A stretch of 64,000 bases of DNA from Eledone cirrhosa (Eukaryota). Of the stretch, positions 48,319-61,205 are shown piece by piece. Below the pieces are notes generated by a model. It searched no databases. It was not told the origin of the DNA and was given only the letters and a program-made list of their open reading frames with translations. Location of the stretch: assembly GCA_964016885.1 (NCBI GenBank), contig CAXHJY010001591.1, positions 186,001 to 250,000 on the forward strand, read 5' to 3'. The stretch's first letter is position 1. Each line of letters begins with the position of its first letter. The translations under genes were made by a program, and so were the position numbers.

Positions 48319-49720
48319 AAAATTTTTGAAACCTGCAAATCAACGCTAATTTTTTAACCCCACCACACTTCTTCAAAGATACCAAATCTAGCAAAGATTC
48401 TTATTATATAGCTAAACAAATTCAGCAAAAGGTGGCCTCAATTTTCACCAAAATTTCTCCCTAAACTCCTTGATCATTCTTATTTTCTTACTCTCTAAAT
48501 TAATTTCATTTTCAAATCTGAATACAGAAGTTTGCAAATTTGAATAAAATCATCAAATGGCTAAATGTTTAAAATGAGTTCTTATTAATAAGAATTTTCA
48601 GATGTGAAAAATGAATAGCCACATCTTTAAAGACGTGATTATTCATCTGAACATGTAGTTAATTGTTCTCTTATTTGACTGAGATCATAATATTGTTAAT
48701 CATCGTCCTCATTTAACGTCTATTTTCCACGCTAGCATAGGTTAGACGGGCTTGTCCCATTTGAGCCAAGTTGGGTCGGGTGACCGTGTCTTGCTCATAT
48801 AGGACTGTTTATGGCTGGTTTTCTACAGCTGAATGCCCTTCCCAATGCCAACCACATTTACAGTGTGTCCTGGGTGCTTTATGCGTGTCTCCTACATGAC
48901 CACTTTACAGTGTGTGCTGGGTGCTTTTTGTTATATCTCCTACACGACCACTTTACAGAGTGGGCTGGGTGCTTTTTGTCGTGACACCTACACAACCACT
49001 TTACAGTGTAGTCTGGATGTTTTATAATACCAACATAACTTTACAGAGTAAGGGTGGTGTGAGAGGGATGTGTAGAGGGTGTGAGGGTGTATATTGGATA
49101 AAAAGGTACCTACTGAGTGTTTAAGTTTAAGTCTGTGCACAAGAGAAGGCGGGTCTTCTATATTGCTGCATAGCCCCAAAGATCTCGATCCTGTGTCATT
49201 GTCTTAGAGAGGTGCAAGTGTGCAAGGTCAGCTTTTAGCATCTTGTCCCAGGACTTTCTGGGTCTTCCTACTCCGTAGCTTCCATCAATTTTGAATGCCC
49301 ACCACTTTATTATACAACTTTATGCATCACATGTCCATACCAATGTAATCTCCTCTCCTGCACACAGCATTTGATTATTCCTCTTATGCCTAATTTCTCA
49401 CTTAGTTCATTTACGCTTTGCTGTTTGTGTAACACATCCATCAGAGCATGCCAGCTCCATTTCTTTCCAATCTGCGCAGATCCTCTGCACACAATGCCCA
49501 GGTTTCACTACTATGTAACATTACTGTTCGTATACAAGCATAGTACAATCTGCCTTTCATTTTTAGGGAGAAACCTTTTATGGCCAACAGCGGTATTAGC
49601 TCTCTGAACTTCTTCCATCCTGTTCTTATTCTAGCTACTGTACTTTCAGAGCACCCTCCACCACTGCTGATTTTGTCACCCAGGTAACGGAAAGTGTCTA
49701 CTATTTCTATAGAACCATCT
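48319..49720. repeat. Local duplication, copy 1 (copy 2 at 60826-~62110)
   Basis: Near-identical ~380 bp non-RTE flank plus RTE 3' end; offset 12507, then 12411 after a 96-bp indel. Confidence 0.95.
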
Positions 49721-50043
49721 GGGCAGTTGAAGGAGCTAGTATCCAGTGGGCTCTTGTTACTTACTGCACCTGAGCATTGGCCACATATAAAACCTACATT
49801 CTTTGATAGCTTGCCTGTGATCCTGCTACAGATTTTATGTACCCATAGCTTGCATTTGGGACATAGAATGGAATTTCTACCTACTCCTTTCCTACACACT
49901 GAACAAGGCCATTTCCCTGAGGGAACCTGTGCCCTATTTTCCTTTCTACATTCTAGAATTTTAGTCTTAGACAAGTTAACTTTAAGGCCTTTTGATTTTA
50001 AGCCATGCTTCCAGGTTTGGAATTTGTTCTCTAATTCTGCCAT
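48699..50043 (-). mobile_element. 5'-truncated RTE (family B-related)
   Basis: ORF 49441-50043 (WPCSVCRKG, FRYLGD, GWKKFREL) and composite tail. Confidence 0.9.
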
Positions 50044-51060
50044 AGAGAAGAGAAATAAAAAGATGAAGTTTATCTAATTTTTTTGACAAATCAAATTACC
50101 ACTAGCACTTGTCTTTCATCAGAATCATTTTAAAATATGGACATTTGGCGGTGATTCATTCTATATATCTGAATCGAGACAACAACAAAAGGAATTACTC
50201 ATGACCATATTTCTAATGAAATACACTGCATTTTAATGAATTAATGAAGAATTTAGAGATATTTACTGAAAACATTACTTATATAATTATTAAGATGGTA
50301 TCTGTAACATAACATACTGAAAGGTTCTTATATGAAATTATGCTGAAAGATTTTAATTTAGATAAGAACTCTTTAAATTAGATGGTTTTGTTTCATAGAA
50401 TCAGAGGCGGTTTTGTTTCGAAAGGGTTATTAAAAACCTCACCCAATCTTATCCTCTCGGTCATTCACTTCCCCTCTAAATTCATCTGATTTCCTCTGTG
50501 AAAGAGGAGGGAAGAAGGCAATTGATGTAAACTTTCTTTTCACTCAATTTGTCATAATATATGGTGAAAAAATGCAAACTTTATTATTGCTTAATCTTCT
50601 AACAACAAACAACATATTTTCTCATTTCTGAAAAATGCAAACTGGTACCAAAGATTCTTCTTATATATCTGAGTCAATGGAACACCAAAAGGAGGAGTTA
50701 CTTTCACAACAAATGTTGCAAAACACTGTTTTTATATTCTCCCTCATTCTCTCGAATTGTTTCTACTTTTGGCACAAGGGCAGAAATTATCCCAGTGCAT
50801 TACTGGTACTTTATTTTCTCGACCCCCGTAAGGATGAAAGGCAAAGTTAACCTCAACGGGATTTGAACTCAGACTGTAAAGGGACATAACTATGCTGGAA
50901 AGGTAATAATAGGTAATAATAGTATCTGCATTTTTTCTTCTACTCCACAGTATGGTAAATGACTGAAATGTTAAAATTTATCTGATTTATCTCCTTATTT
51001 CAAAGCATTATAAATTCATTTAAATTTGGAAATGAAAAGAATATAGAAACTAAGACTTAA

Positions 51061-51144
51061 CCCTTTAGTATTTAAATTATGTGAGATAAAGCCTTTACTG
51101 TGAAAATACAATAGTAAATATAAAGTAGTGTAAATGCTAAAGGG
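51061..51144. mobile_element. 84-bp internally deleted piggyBac-type MITE
   Basis: TTAA-CCCTTTAGTATTTA...TAAATGCTAAAGGG-TTAA. Confidence 0.85.
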
Positions 51145-52975
51145 TTAAAGAAGTAAAATTGTGTGGCTTAGTGGTTAAGGTGTTAAACTCAAGATAATAA
51201 GGTTGTGGGTTCAATTCCTGCTCCAAGTGGCATGTTGTGTTATTGAGCAAGAAATGCTACATTTTATATGACTGGAGCTATTATTAAAACTAATTTTCAA
51301 ATTTCACTCAAAAATACTAAAATATGGTAAGATTCTTCTCATATATTTGAGTCTACATCAGAAGAAGTTAAGTGACATTCTATTAAAACTTCCTAAACAT
51401 CTCTATCCATTCTTGCTCAATCATTCACTACTCTAATATATATTTATTTTAGTAGACAAACCATATGAACAATAAAGTTAGCAAGAAAAAGAAGACACAC
51501 ATATTCCCTCAATTAGATTTTATAACATATAATTGCCTTCTAAAAATATTAATCGTAAATTCTATATCTAAATAAAGTGTCTTGCTGAATTTGTTCTAGT
51601 TTTCTGTGTCCAATCTCACAATAATGCACCAGGTCAGAGTATTAGATTGTCAGAATCATTAGAGTGATGGATGAGATGTCCTGTGATATCTGTTCCATCT
51701 TGAAATGACTATGTGATGAAATGAAGGGATATAATATTGAATGTGTGAGAGATTCAATATGGGTTGCCAGAATTTGGTGATGTGCAGTTAAGACTGTGTA
51801 GTATACAGGCTGACAGCATGTTGGAAAAGTGTTTAGTAAAATTCCATTCCATACCTGTTATTTAGCGTTTTGATAAAAAGCTACATAAAGCAATGTTGGT
51901 AGGTAACAGAGAAAATGAATGCAACTGTTGTGTAAAATAAAGTTATATTTCATCAAATATTACATTTGAAACTTGTTCAAAGCTTCGGATAATTCTTGGA
52001 AGTCACAAGACAATCCAGATAATTCTTGGAAATCATAAGAGAATCATGAGTTGATGAAGCAAAAGTTGTGAACTATAGAATGTTTGTATGAAAGATTGAA
52101 CAGTTAAACTGTGGGAGTTGTGATGGCATGTGTTGAGTGCTATTTTTATTAATTATATATCTTCTTTTTTGTTTGGGTATTGTTGTCTATCCATTATATC
52201 TATTGAGTCCACTCTGATCGGAACAATTATTTGTTCTTTTCATTAATTGAAACCGTAATCAATTTGATGTATGTGGTCACTAGGCTTACAACATTGAGTG
52301 AAGTCGTAAAAACTTACATTATATATGTATATATTTGTATTATAAAATGTTGCCTAATGAGGGTTGTGTGTGCAACACACAAATCAGTTAATAATGATGC
52401 AATTAGATTTAAGCACGCAACGTTATGTATATCCTTCCAAATGCGATTTGTTAGTTCATGATGGAGTATACATACACAAATGATAATTGTGAAGGTCAGA
52501 TGTAGATATTTATAATTCCTTTATTCATAATCAGTCATAATACATATTTCTGTGCTGTTCATGATTATGTGATGCTGTGATCACATAACCACCCAGTCTG
52601 CACTGTAAAGTGGTCATGTAGGTGTCATGACAAAATGCACCCAGTATTCACTGTAAATGTGGTTGGCATTAGGAAGGGTAGGCAGCTGTAGAAACCAAGC
52701 CAAAATCAGTTCTGTATGAGGAAGACATGGTCACCTGACCTGGCATTTCTCACAACAGGACAACTCGTCTAACCCATGCTAGCGTGGAAAAATAGACATT
52801 ATATGCTGATGACGATGATGATAATATATATATACACACACATAGTTTGATACATGCATAAATATATATATATAGAATACTTATTAATAATAGAGATTTG
52901 CAAGATTAGTATCGCAGATATGAGCTTACACGTTGAAATAAATTAAATTATCAAATACATACATGTACATATATA

Positions 52976-53885
52976 CAGGGTGTGTCTGTTTTTTTGAGGA
53001 CATCTGCATGAATTTAGAAAATGATGCATAGCACATTAAAAGATGCTACATCAAGATACAAATTATTTCCAATAGATTTATGATATCTATGCAATGAATC
53101 ATCCATTAGCTTCAATGGCTGCTTAAATATGGGGTCTGACATGTTGGAATGTCCCAACCAGATCACCCCTATCAATACTGGACATTGTGCTGGTAATGGG
53201 GGATTTGAGAGATTGTATAGTGTTGTGAAGGTAATGATTGACCCCCCCCCCCCTTTTGACTATGCACCATATGTAATAGCCTAGGGGATTGAGGCCATGT
53301 GTCTGGAAGAACATGGGTCATGGAGATTGTCACGCATCCTTACTTGTGTTGTTCTGGCCTTATGAGAGGGCGTGGAGTCTTGTTGAAGAAGAACAGTCTT
53401 CCATTGCTTACCTTGTCTATCCAGGGCTTCATAACTGTCTCCAACACCTCTTTGTAGACAGCAGTATTGACTCTTAAACCCTGAGAAAAAAACAGAAGTA
53501 TGACATCTCCCCTGTTGCTAACAACACCCAGAACCATCACAGTTGCTGGAAATTTTGTGTGCATGACTGTTGGAACCTCCTTTTGGGTTCTCTTGGGTCT
53601 CTACATAGCCATCTACTATTCCTTCAGTTTACCTTTTGGTACTGATCAAAGAGTTTCTCATCAGAAAAAAAACAAAAAACATTCTAGCTTCTTGATGTTT
53701 TATGCTATTCAGTAAGCACTTTGCATGGACCAAACAATTTTTTTTTGGCTTCTTTGCATCACATCTGACTTGTATCAGATGTTTTCATAGACAATTCTTC
53801 TGATGGTGCATTCTGAAACCTTTAGGTCCTTTGTGATGGCTCTGATTGACTTTCCTGAGGTTTTATTGATCACTGGTATTTTACC
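52976..53885 (-). mobile_element. Tc1/mariner (maT-like) transposase relic
   Basis: KSIRAITKDLKVSECTIRR (HTH), TKFPATVMVLGVVS, LRVNTAVYKEVL, LNPLGYYIW; TA-CAGGGTG terminus at 52974. Confidence 0.8.
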
Positions 53886-53921
53886 ACTATATATATATGA
53901 TGATGATGATATACATGTGTG

Positions 53922-53953
<32 letters not shown>

Positions 53954-53984
53954 CATGTGTGATGGACTCTCCCATCAATTCTTT

Positions 53985-54965
53985 GTATGAGGATCTAACA
54001 ACTTATTCAGTTTGGATGTTTATATTGGGTATGACATTTTAGTGCTGTCAAGGATTTGCAAATGAGTCCACAGATCGTGCATGGGCGAAGATTACATGAC
54101 AATATTGCAGGTATGTTTGCTGCTTCAGCAAGTGGATTTGAAATTCCTGATCCCATTATGATACACATATCTTCAATCTTTCCGCTCCAAGGCCACTTGC
54201 TCAAATGTTTCATAAAGTATATTGATTGCTGAAAGATTACTCTTCACCATGTTTTTGTACCTGAACCATTGCTGCCCAGCTATCTATTTCCACTTTCAAG
54301 CTGGCTATAGATGAGGACTTTAGGTATTCTTTCATGAATCAATGTGATGAGATGACCAATGCAGCATAGTGTGATTGCATGTAAAATGTCTCAGTGCCTC
54401 TAATTTTGCACTTAGTGAAGAGGTTGGCATTCAATATTTTGTCTTTGAGTGTGTATGCACAGATTGCCTGAAGAGAACCTTTATGAAAGAAGTCTAGTTG
54501 GTTGATGTGTGACCTATATAGAGTTCAAGATTTTTATCCATACAAGAGTGCGGTCAGTATGACAGCTTTGAAGACCCGTGTCATTCCAGAGGTGATATCG
54601 CAGTTTGCCAAATGTATTTGTAGCTTTTTCTATCTTGTCATTGAGATATGCATTTGAGTTCACTCTACTGCCAAGATATGTGAACAATTTCGCATACTTC
54701 AGATTCTTCCCATCAACCTTTATAGGGGTGTCTGGGAACTGGAAAGATCTTAGCTGGTAGACCACGTCCATCTTTTTTTTTATGCTGATAGTAAGCTTGA
54801 ACGCTTTACTTGCAACAGAAAAACGGTTTACGTATTCCTGGGTTTCCTCTAAATATGTTACTACAAGTGCAGCATCATCTGATGCTGGTCCACAGACTTT
54901 GAACCGTTGATAGTTGAAGAGTCTGTCACTAGTTTGAAATTGGAACTTAACACCTGTCTTTTTCA
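53985..54965 (-). mobile_element. Decayed RTE 3' part with C-terminal C2H2 finger
   Basis: ASDDAAL, FTYLGS, KATNTFGKLR, CTICGLICKSLTALKCH. Confidence 0.75.
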
Positions 54966-55599
54966 CTTAAAGCGTATATATATGTGTGTGTGTGTACGTA
55001 CGCTACTGATGTGAACAAAGAATTTAGTATAGTCAACTAATTTGTGGGCAGCAAGTGGCCGAGTTGTGCTATTAGAAATCTGCTATAGGCTGCTGTCTGC
55101 TTCACTTTTTATAGGTGAGGCTATTTCATGCAACGATACTCATTTAGCGAGATTTGCGTAAAAATGTTGAATACCACTATGCCAGTGCATAAAATAAAAA
55201 AGAAACAATTGTTGTAGAGACAATAATAAACTCGCTATGTCTGCCTGCTGAGTTAAAATTCTCCCAGAGATTCAAGTCCCACCAATAGCAAAGGTTAATC
55301 ATTAGACCACAATTAATTATCAAAGTTTGTAGTCGTCTGCTACTGCAGTCGAACGATAGGGGTATTCCTTTATTTCCAAATTTAATTCAAGTCATGAAGG
55401 AATAGCGACATGTAGATTTTTAATGTGTCAGCCAATTCGTGATGTGGCGGAGAAGTAAAATGCAAACTTTATTATCACCTAAACTTTTTGACATAAAATA
55501 TCTATTCATTTTCTTATTCCAAATGTTTACTGTCGTAAGAGAAGAAATATTAAATAAACTTTTTGCCACAAAGCAAATAATGCTTCGTTACACTGAATA

Positions 55600-56010
55600 T
55601 GTTATTAAAAAATACCACTAGCATTTTTCGTTTGACATCAAGACTCACTCAACAAATACGTAAATTCGGCCAGGATTCTTGCTATAAATCTGAGTCGACG
55701 CGGCGACAAGTGGAATCACTTCCGCCAGAATGTCCTAAACATGACGGACAACGCCATCTATTGTGATACATTCTACTTCCGTTTTCTACTAATCAGGTCA
55801 TAATTACTTTCCTGTCGAGGTTTCTCTCGACCAGCATTGTGTTGTCGGTGTGGTCTTTTCTCCCCCACTCCCGCACACACACAAAAAAAAAAAAATATAT
55901 ATATACATTATATAGGGGGAGATATTGTTTTACAATTCGCTTGCAATGATCAAAGATTGCCGAAGGCAGAGGAGGAGAGGCCATGCCATATTCCAAAGAC
56001 AGGTAGAGTT
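55600..56010. promoter_or_regulatory. CpG-rich promoter-like island with candidate non-coding first exon (minus, ~55712-55649)
   Basis: Local CpG retention, ETS cores CACTTCCG (~55717) and ACTTCCG (~55775), CGCCATCT (YY1/CTCF-like, ~55752), minus-strand donor GA|GTGAGT at 55648. Confidence 0.5.
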
Positions 56011-56603
56011 TAACACACACACACATATATATTTATATATATGTATGTATTATGTATCTGCATGTCTGTAAACATATAAACACAAACACTGTATACAACA
56101 AAACAACAAACAATAACAGCACGTACCCAGTATTCGATTCCTCTTTTTTTCTTATAATTTCTATATTCTTTCTACTTTCTTGATTTACGTTAAAAACAAC
56201 AAAGATAGTTATATAAAACTATCCAAGTACACACACACACACACATATATATAATATACACAGACACAGTACAGCAAACCAAAGGAAAAAAATAATAGCG
56301 TGCTCTCGACGTTCACAACACTTTCTTTTTTTTCTTTTCATTTCTGTATTCTTTCTAAAAATTCTTGACTTAGGTTAATGATAACAAAGACTCTCTCACA
56401 CACCCACATAAACTCACACCCTCATGCGTATATTTACCAGCATACGTACACTTAAACATATATATTCACATACGAAAACAGTTAAAACTAGGAAAAGAAA
56501 TAACAAAAACAACACGCACTCAATATAGAACGCTTTTCTTTTCTTTCCTTCATTTTTCCTATTCCTTTTAAATATTTGACTTCAAGAACAACAAAGACCA
56601 CTT

Positions 56604-56605
<2 letters not shown>

Positions 56606-56653
<48 letters not shown>

Positions 56654-56989
56654 CACACACACACGCGCGTACCTTTGAATTTGGAAACACGAGGAAAAGA
56701 GCTCAATACCAAAGTGGAGTATGATATTTTTTAGAAATCATTATATAACGGATTACTCTATTGCGATTGCTTGCCTATCACGCAGCAACTATCATCAATC
56801 AATTGCAAAACTCGGAGTAGGAAAACAGTATTCTCAGTAATATATATATATATACACATAGAATCCCAGTAAAATACATATAATCTCAGTAATATATATG
56901 CATCCTTATATTCTCAGTAATATATATATATATTCTTATATTTTTGATATAGATTAGTATATACATATATATTTCTACATGTATGTATG

Positions 56990-57030
<41 letters not shown>

Positions 57031-57125
57031 GTTTGTGTATATATATATTTATAAATATATTTATGCTTATATTTATATACTTATATTTACATTTGTATAT
57101 ATATTCTTATATTTATGTGTATATT

Positions 57126-57160
<35 letters not shown>
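56606..57160. repeat. (TA)n/(TG)n low-complexity tract
   Basis: Perfect (TA)n 56606-56649 and degenerate TA/TG to 57160. Confidence 0.9.
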
Positions 57161-57379
57161 CGATTTTAAGTTGATTTTAAGTTGATTTTCCATGTTGGCA
57201 TGGGTTGGATGAGACGTTTTGAGGTAATGTTTTAGAGACGGTGCCCATCCTGACACCAACTCTTTTAATCGCGTCTTATATAGTGACCCGTTAAGACACT
57301 CTTGCTATTTCAAACGTTAAACTAATATACTTCTTCCATGTACTGTGCTGTTTGTTTTGTTATTTATATATATATATAT

Positions 57380-59010
57380 ATCATCATTTAATGGCCGTTT
57401 TCCCTGCTACCATCACTGACCTGGTCAGTACTCAAGCAGAGCTACTGACCTCTCAGAAGGACCAGGTAGGCAGGATCTTCACTACAGTATGTTCCTGTGC
57501 GTTACCGAGTGCATTTTATTATGGCACTAGCTGGTTGTTATGATTTAGACACAACTGAAAAGGTCTCCCAACCCTTTGTTTCGCAGGTTTTATAGTGCTG
57601 GAATTTTGCTTCTAATTCTCCCACAAATTCAGCTTGTAAGAACTAAATCATCAGCATACAGGAGTGCCCGTACAGTCCCAATTTTTAATTCTTCTGTATT
57701 GCTTGAAGGATAATGCTTTTGTAGTAGTTTATAATTATACTGCTGTGCCAATCATTTACTTGATTAATTATGCGTCTCACTAACTCGTAACCTACCATGC
57801 AAGATGTTTTTAACATCTCGGCTATTATACTAGAATGTCCACCTGCCTTCCCTGCCTTCAATACTTTGTTGCTCTGCTATCAACTTTTATGGCTGACCCC
57901 TCAGCTGGGCCTACATGAGGTAGACCCTCACTGTTCCATTCTCTTTGTTCAATAGTCTCGGAGTAGATCCTCCATTCCTATTTCTTCTCGGCATCAGACA
58001 GTGCATGTGCTCCAGTATCATTTTGAACACACTTTTTCCTCACTACTTCATGATTTTCTCTTGCACACTGTCTTGCAAATTCGGAATACTTCACGATGCA
58101 GGATATGTGCAAACTTTTTTTCTGCCTCTTGTTTGGTGTACTGGGTGCCTGGTTTCTTTTTTAGCTATTTGATATTGCTCTTTGTTTCCCCCATTCTGTC
58201 AGTCTCTCCAGGCTTGTCTTTTTGTTTTTATGGCTCTGCATTACCATTTCACAATCACCTCATTCTTTATCTAACTGGCAATCTTACTCTATCTTCAGAC
58301 CTAGTCCATTGCTTTCAACAGGTTGTTTCAGAAATTCCAAATTTTTCTCTCTGCTGAGAGTTCTCGCCGTTTCCTTCTTCAGACTGTCTTTTGTCTCTTA
58401 GTCTATGTAGCCCTTATTCTAAAGTCACGAGCAATTAATCTATGTTGGGAGGGTCTTGGCATTTATGACTGTTTAGCTATCCCGTTTTCTGGTGAAGATA
58501 AAGTCTATTTGGGTTGTATACCCCCCACCTTCTTCCCTGATTGGTAGGTAATCCGGTGGCTGGTTTCCTGTAGTCTGTGTTGCAGATGGTTAGGTGATAT
58601 GCATTGCAGAACTTCTGAAGCCTAAACTCCTCATTGCCTCCATGTATATCGGGAAAGTCGTCATAGTGTTTCTCAATATGTCAATTGAAGTTACCAGATC
58701 AGTCATTTATCATTGAGGTAGTCTGTAAGAGGACCTTATAGAAGTGGTCCCTTTGCTTGTCTGCAGAGAGAGTATAGTGGTTGTTATATTGACCAAGGCT
58801 AGTCTAAGTTTAATTGGCCTATTACACACTCTGATTAGCTCAATAACCTGGTTCTCTCATCCTGAAGAATTTGTATCCTGTGCCTGTGGTGAATTTGCTC
58901 AAAGCTTTTTTCCACCTTGTATAGAGGACACATTTGTCTCTGTTCTAGCATCTCCACAATCTCACTAGACCTACCTTTTATTGTTCTGACATTTATAGTG
59001 GCAATTATGA
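57380..59010 (-). mobile_element. Heavily decayed, internally deleted RTE
   Basis: Minus LLYADDLVL (~57640), GKAGGHS (~57845), FCNAYHLTICNTDYRKP (~58580), GNFN. Confidence 0.75.
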
Positions 59011-59709
59011 AGTTCTAAACCTGATAGGAAGAGGGTTGAATTAGTGTTTTGTTCTTTTCCTGGGCTTGAGAGGTAGAGGATGAACATAAGCAATTTTTGA
59101 ATTCTGAAGTAACCTGTATAGCCTTTACTATAGTTTGGGGAACATATATATACACATGGGAGGGAATGGCTTCTTGCTTGCTTTTGTGAAAGATTGTTTT
59201 AAAATCCATCTCTTTCAGAAAATCTTAGCTTAAGCTCTACTTTCTAGAATTTACGATTGTACTTAAAATTTAAAAGTCAAAACACCCAAAGGAGAAAGTG
59301 TGTATGAAGCAGAGAAGAAAAAACACTGATTACAATTAAAAATTAAAAATCTGTATTTAAGTTTTAAGTTGTTAAAACTTAAATACAGATTTAGGGTATT
59401 TGTGATGTAGTGATCCTTCAGTATATGTATTTGTAAGATGGAGAGAACCAGGCAGTAATAATAGTATGACTGATGATGGCAGTAGTGGTGCTTGAGATGG
59501 CTCTGACTGAAAGCCAAGTCTCCTTAAAGGAAGGTGGAAGAGATAGTTATGACCAGGCATGATTTTTTACAGATGACCCATCCCCAAACTTCTATTAATG
59601 GGAATCAGAAGTGGTAGTAATGGTGACAGATAGAAAATTACGAAGATCAGGAAAACTCTGGATTTAAGTAAATTTTGCATAGATTGTTGTAATCATAGAA
59701 TTTTTATGT

Positions 59710-60790
59710 TAGACATTTTTTACTGTTTATCCCATTCTTTCTGATGGGTGCTTGTTCTTCAGAGGGAAGAGTGTCCTATCAGAAGAAACCGTCTCTAAAT
59801 CATCTGGCCGGATCCCTAAACAAGACCAACCAAACTTATGGATGATATCCAACTATCTTGCTTGTGGTTTGCATCAAGTCTCCTTCTGATTAGCTCTGCT
59901 CTTAAAATCTGTCATGTGATTCTTTCCTTAGACATTCTAACCCTGTCTGAAGTGCTGGAGCTGTGATATCTTGATGTGGAGAAGTAGCAGCTCTACCTGG
60001 AGCAACTCCCTGATCTCTGAGCAACACAATCTATTCAGTAACATTACACCAAAGACCCTCCAGAAGAACCCCATTTCAGTCCCTTGTTTCTTTTGGTCAC
60101 TACCCATAGGTATGGGTAGGCACGAATATTGAATAGAAGATAGCAAGTTTAGGTATTACACCCTTTTGATGACCGAGTGCTGAATCTGGTGCATTATGTC
60201 ATCAGTTCCAGTAATTCTTGCATTTAATTCAGCCTCCTGCCTTCTATCACTCTTGAAGATGGCCCTGCGATATTTGTACTTCTCCACCTGCTTCAGTGCA
60301 ACTCCACTCATATGCAAAACACACTATGCAGGGTTTCTCAAAAAGGTGAATGTCTCAATTTTTCTAGCACTAATTTTCGTTCCTATTGTGAAGCATTTAA
60401 CAGCAATCTTTCCCAGTGCATGCTGGAGCTCCCCTCCCAACAGGTTAAGTACCACCATGTCATTTGCAAATATTAGCCAACTGATACTACACACTTCAGT
60501 TTTCATACCACTTCCATCCATGCTGTGCATTTCAATCCTTTTCATGAAAATTATGAACAGAAGTCACAATATTAATTCCTGTTGGAGTCTGACACTCACA
60601 TTGAATAGCACCATCTATCAGAACACATAGAACAATCATACTGTAACAAGTTTGCATAGCGTGTGAGGGAGCCCAAAGCAGTTTTGTTAATGTTAGGCGA
60701 TGTGAGGACCAAAAGTATGTCATGTTCTGCATTGTAAAACAGTGTCAGTGTCAATTTGGATGTTGCTGGGGGAAAAATGTGTTCAGAATG
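59710..60790 (-). mobile_element. Decayed RTE (Expander-like) RT 3' half
   Basis: LIFANDMVVL, QVEKYKY, SEIRELLQVELLLLHI. Confidence 0.65.
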
Positions 60791-61205
60791 GCATAAGTGC
60801 ACTTAACTTCATTGATGCTCCAGGCAAAATTTTTGAAACCTGCAAATCAACGCTAATTTTTTAACCCCACCACACTTCTTCAAAGATACCAAATCTAGCA
60901 AAGATTCTTATTATATAGCTAAACAAATTCAGCAAAAGGTGGCCTCAATTTTCACCAAAATTTCCCCCTAAACTCCTTGATCATTCTTATTTTCTTACTC
61001 TCTAAATTAATTTCATTTTCAAATCTGAATACAGAAGTTTGCAAATTTGAATAAAATCATCAAATGGCTAAATGTTTGAAATGAGTTCTTATTAATAAGA
61101 ATTTTCAGATGTGAAAAATGAATAGCCACATCTTTAAAGACGTGATTATTCATCTGAACATGTAGTTAATTGTTCTCTTATTTGACTGAGATCATAATAT
61201 TGTTA

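Noticed and set aside
48850-49010. Regularly spaced repeats resembling a CRISPR array (also 9428-9714)
   Set aside because: Whole units are homologous with no unique spacers, they lie inside retroelements, and there are no cas genes.
50930-50960. Possible 4-nt micro-exon (CCACAG|TATG|GTAAAT)
   Set aside because: No supporting context; such motifs are expected by chance.
56979-57185. YIYI-rich ORFs
   Set aside because: Dinucleotide repeat artefacts.
59015-59209. 64-aa minus ORF with possible splice sites
   Set aside because: Weak signals, no recognisable domain, adjacent to RTE debris.
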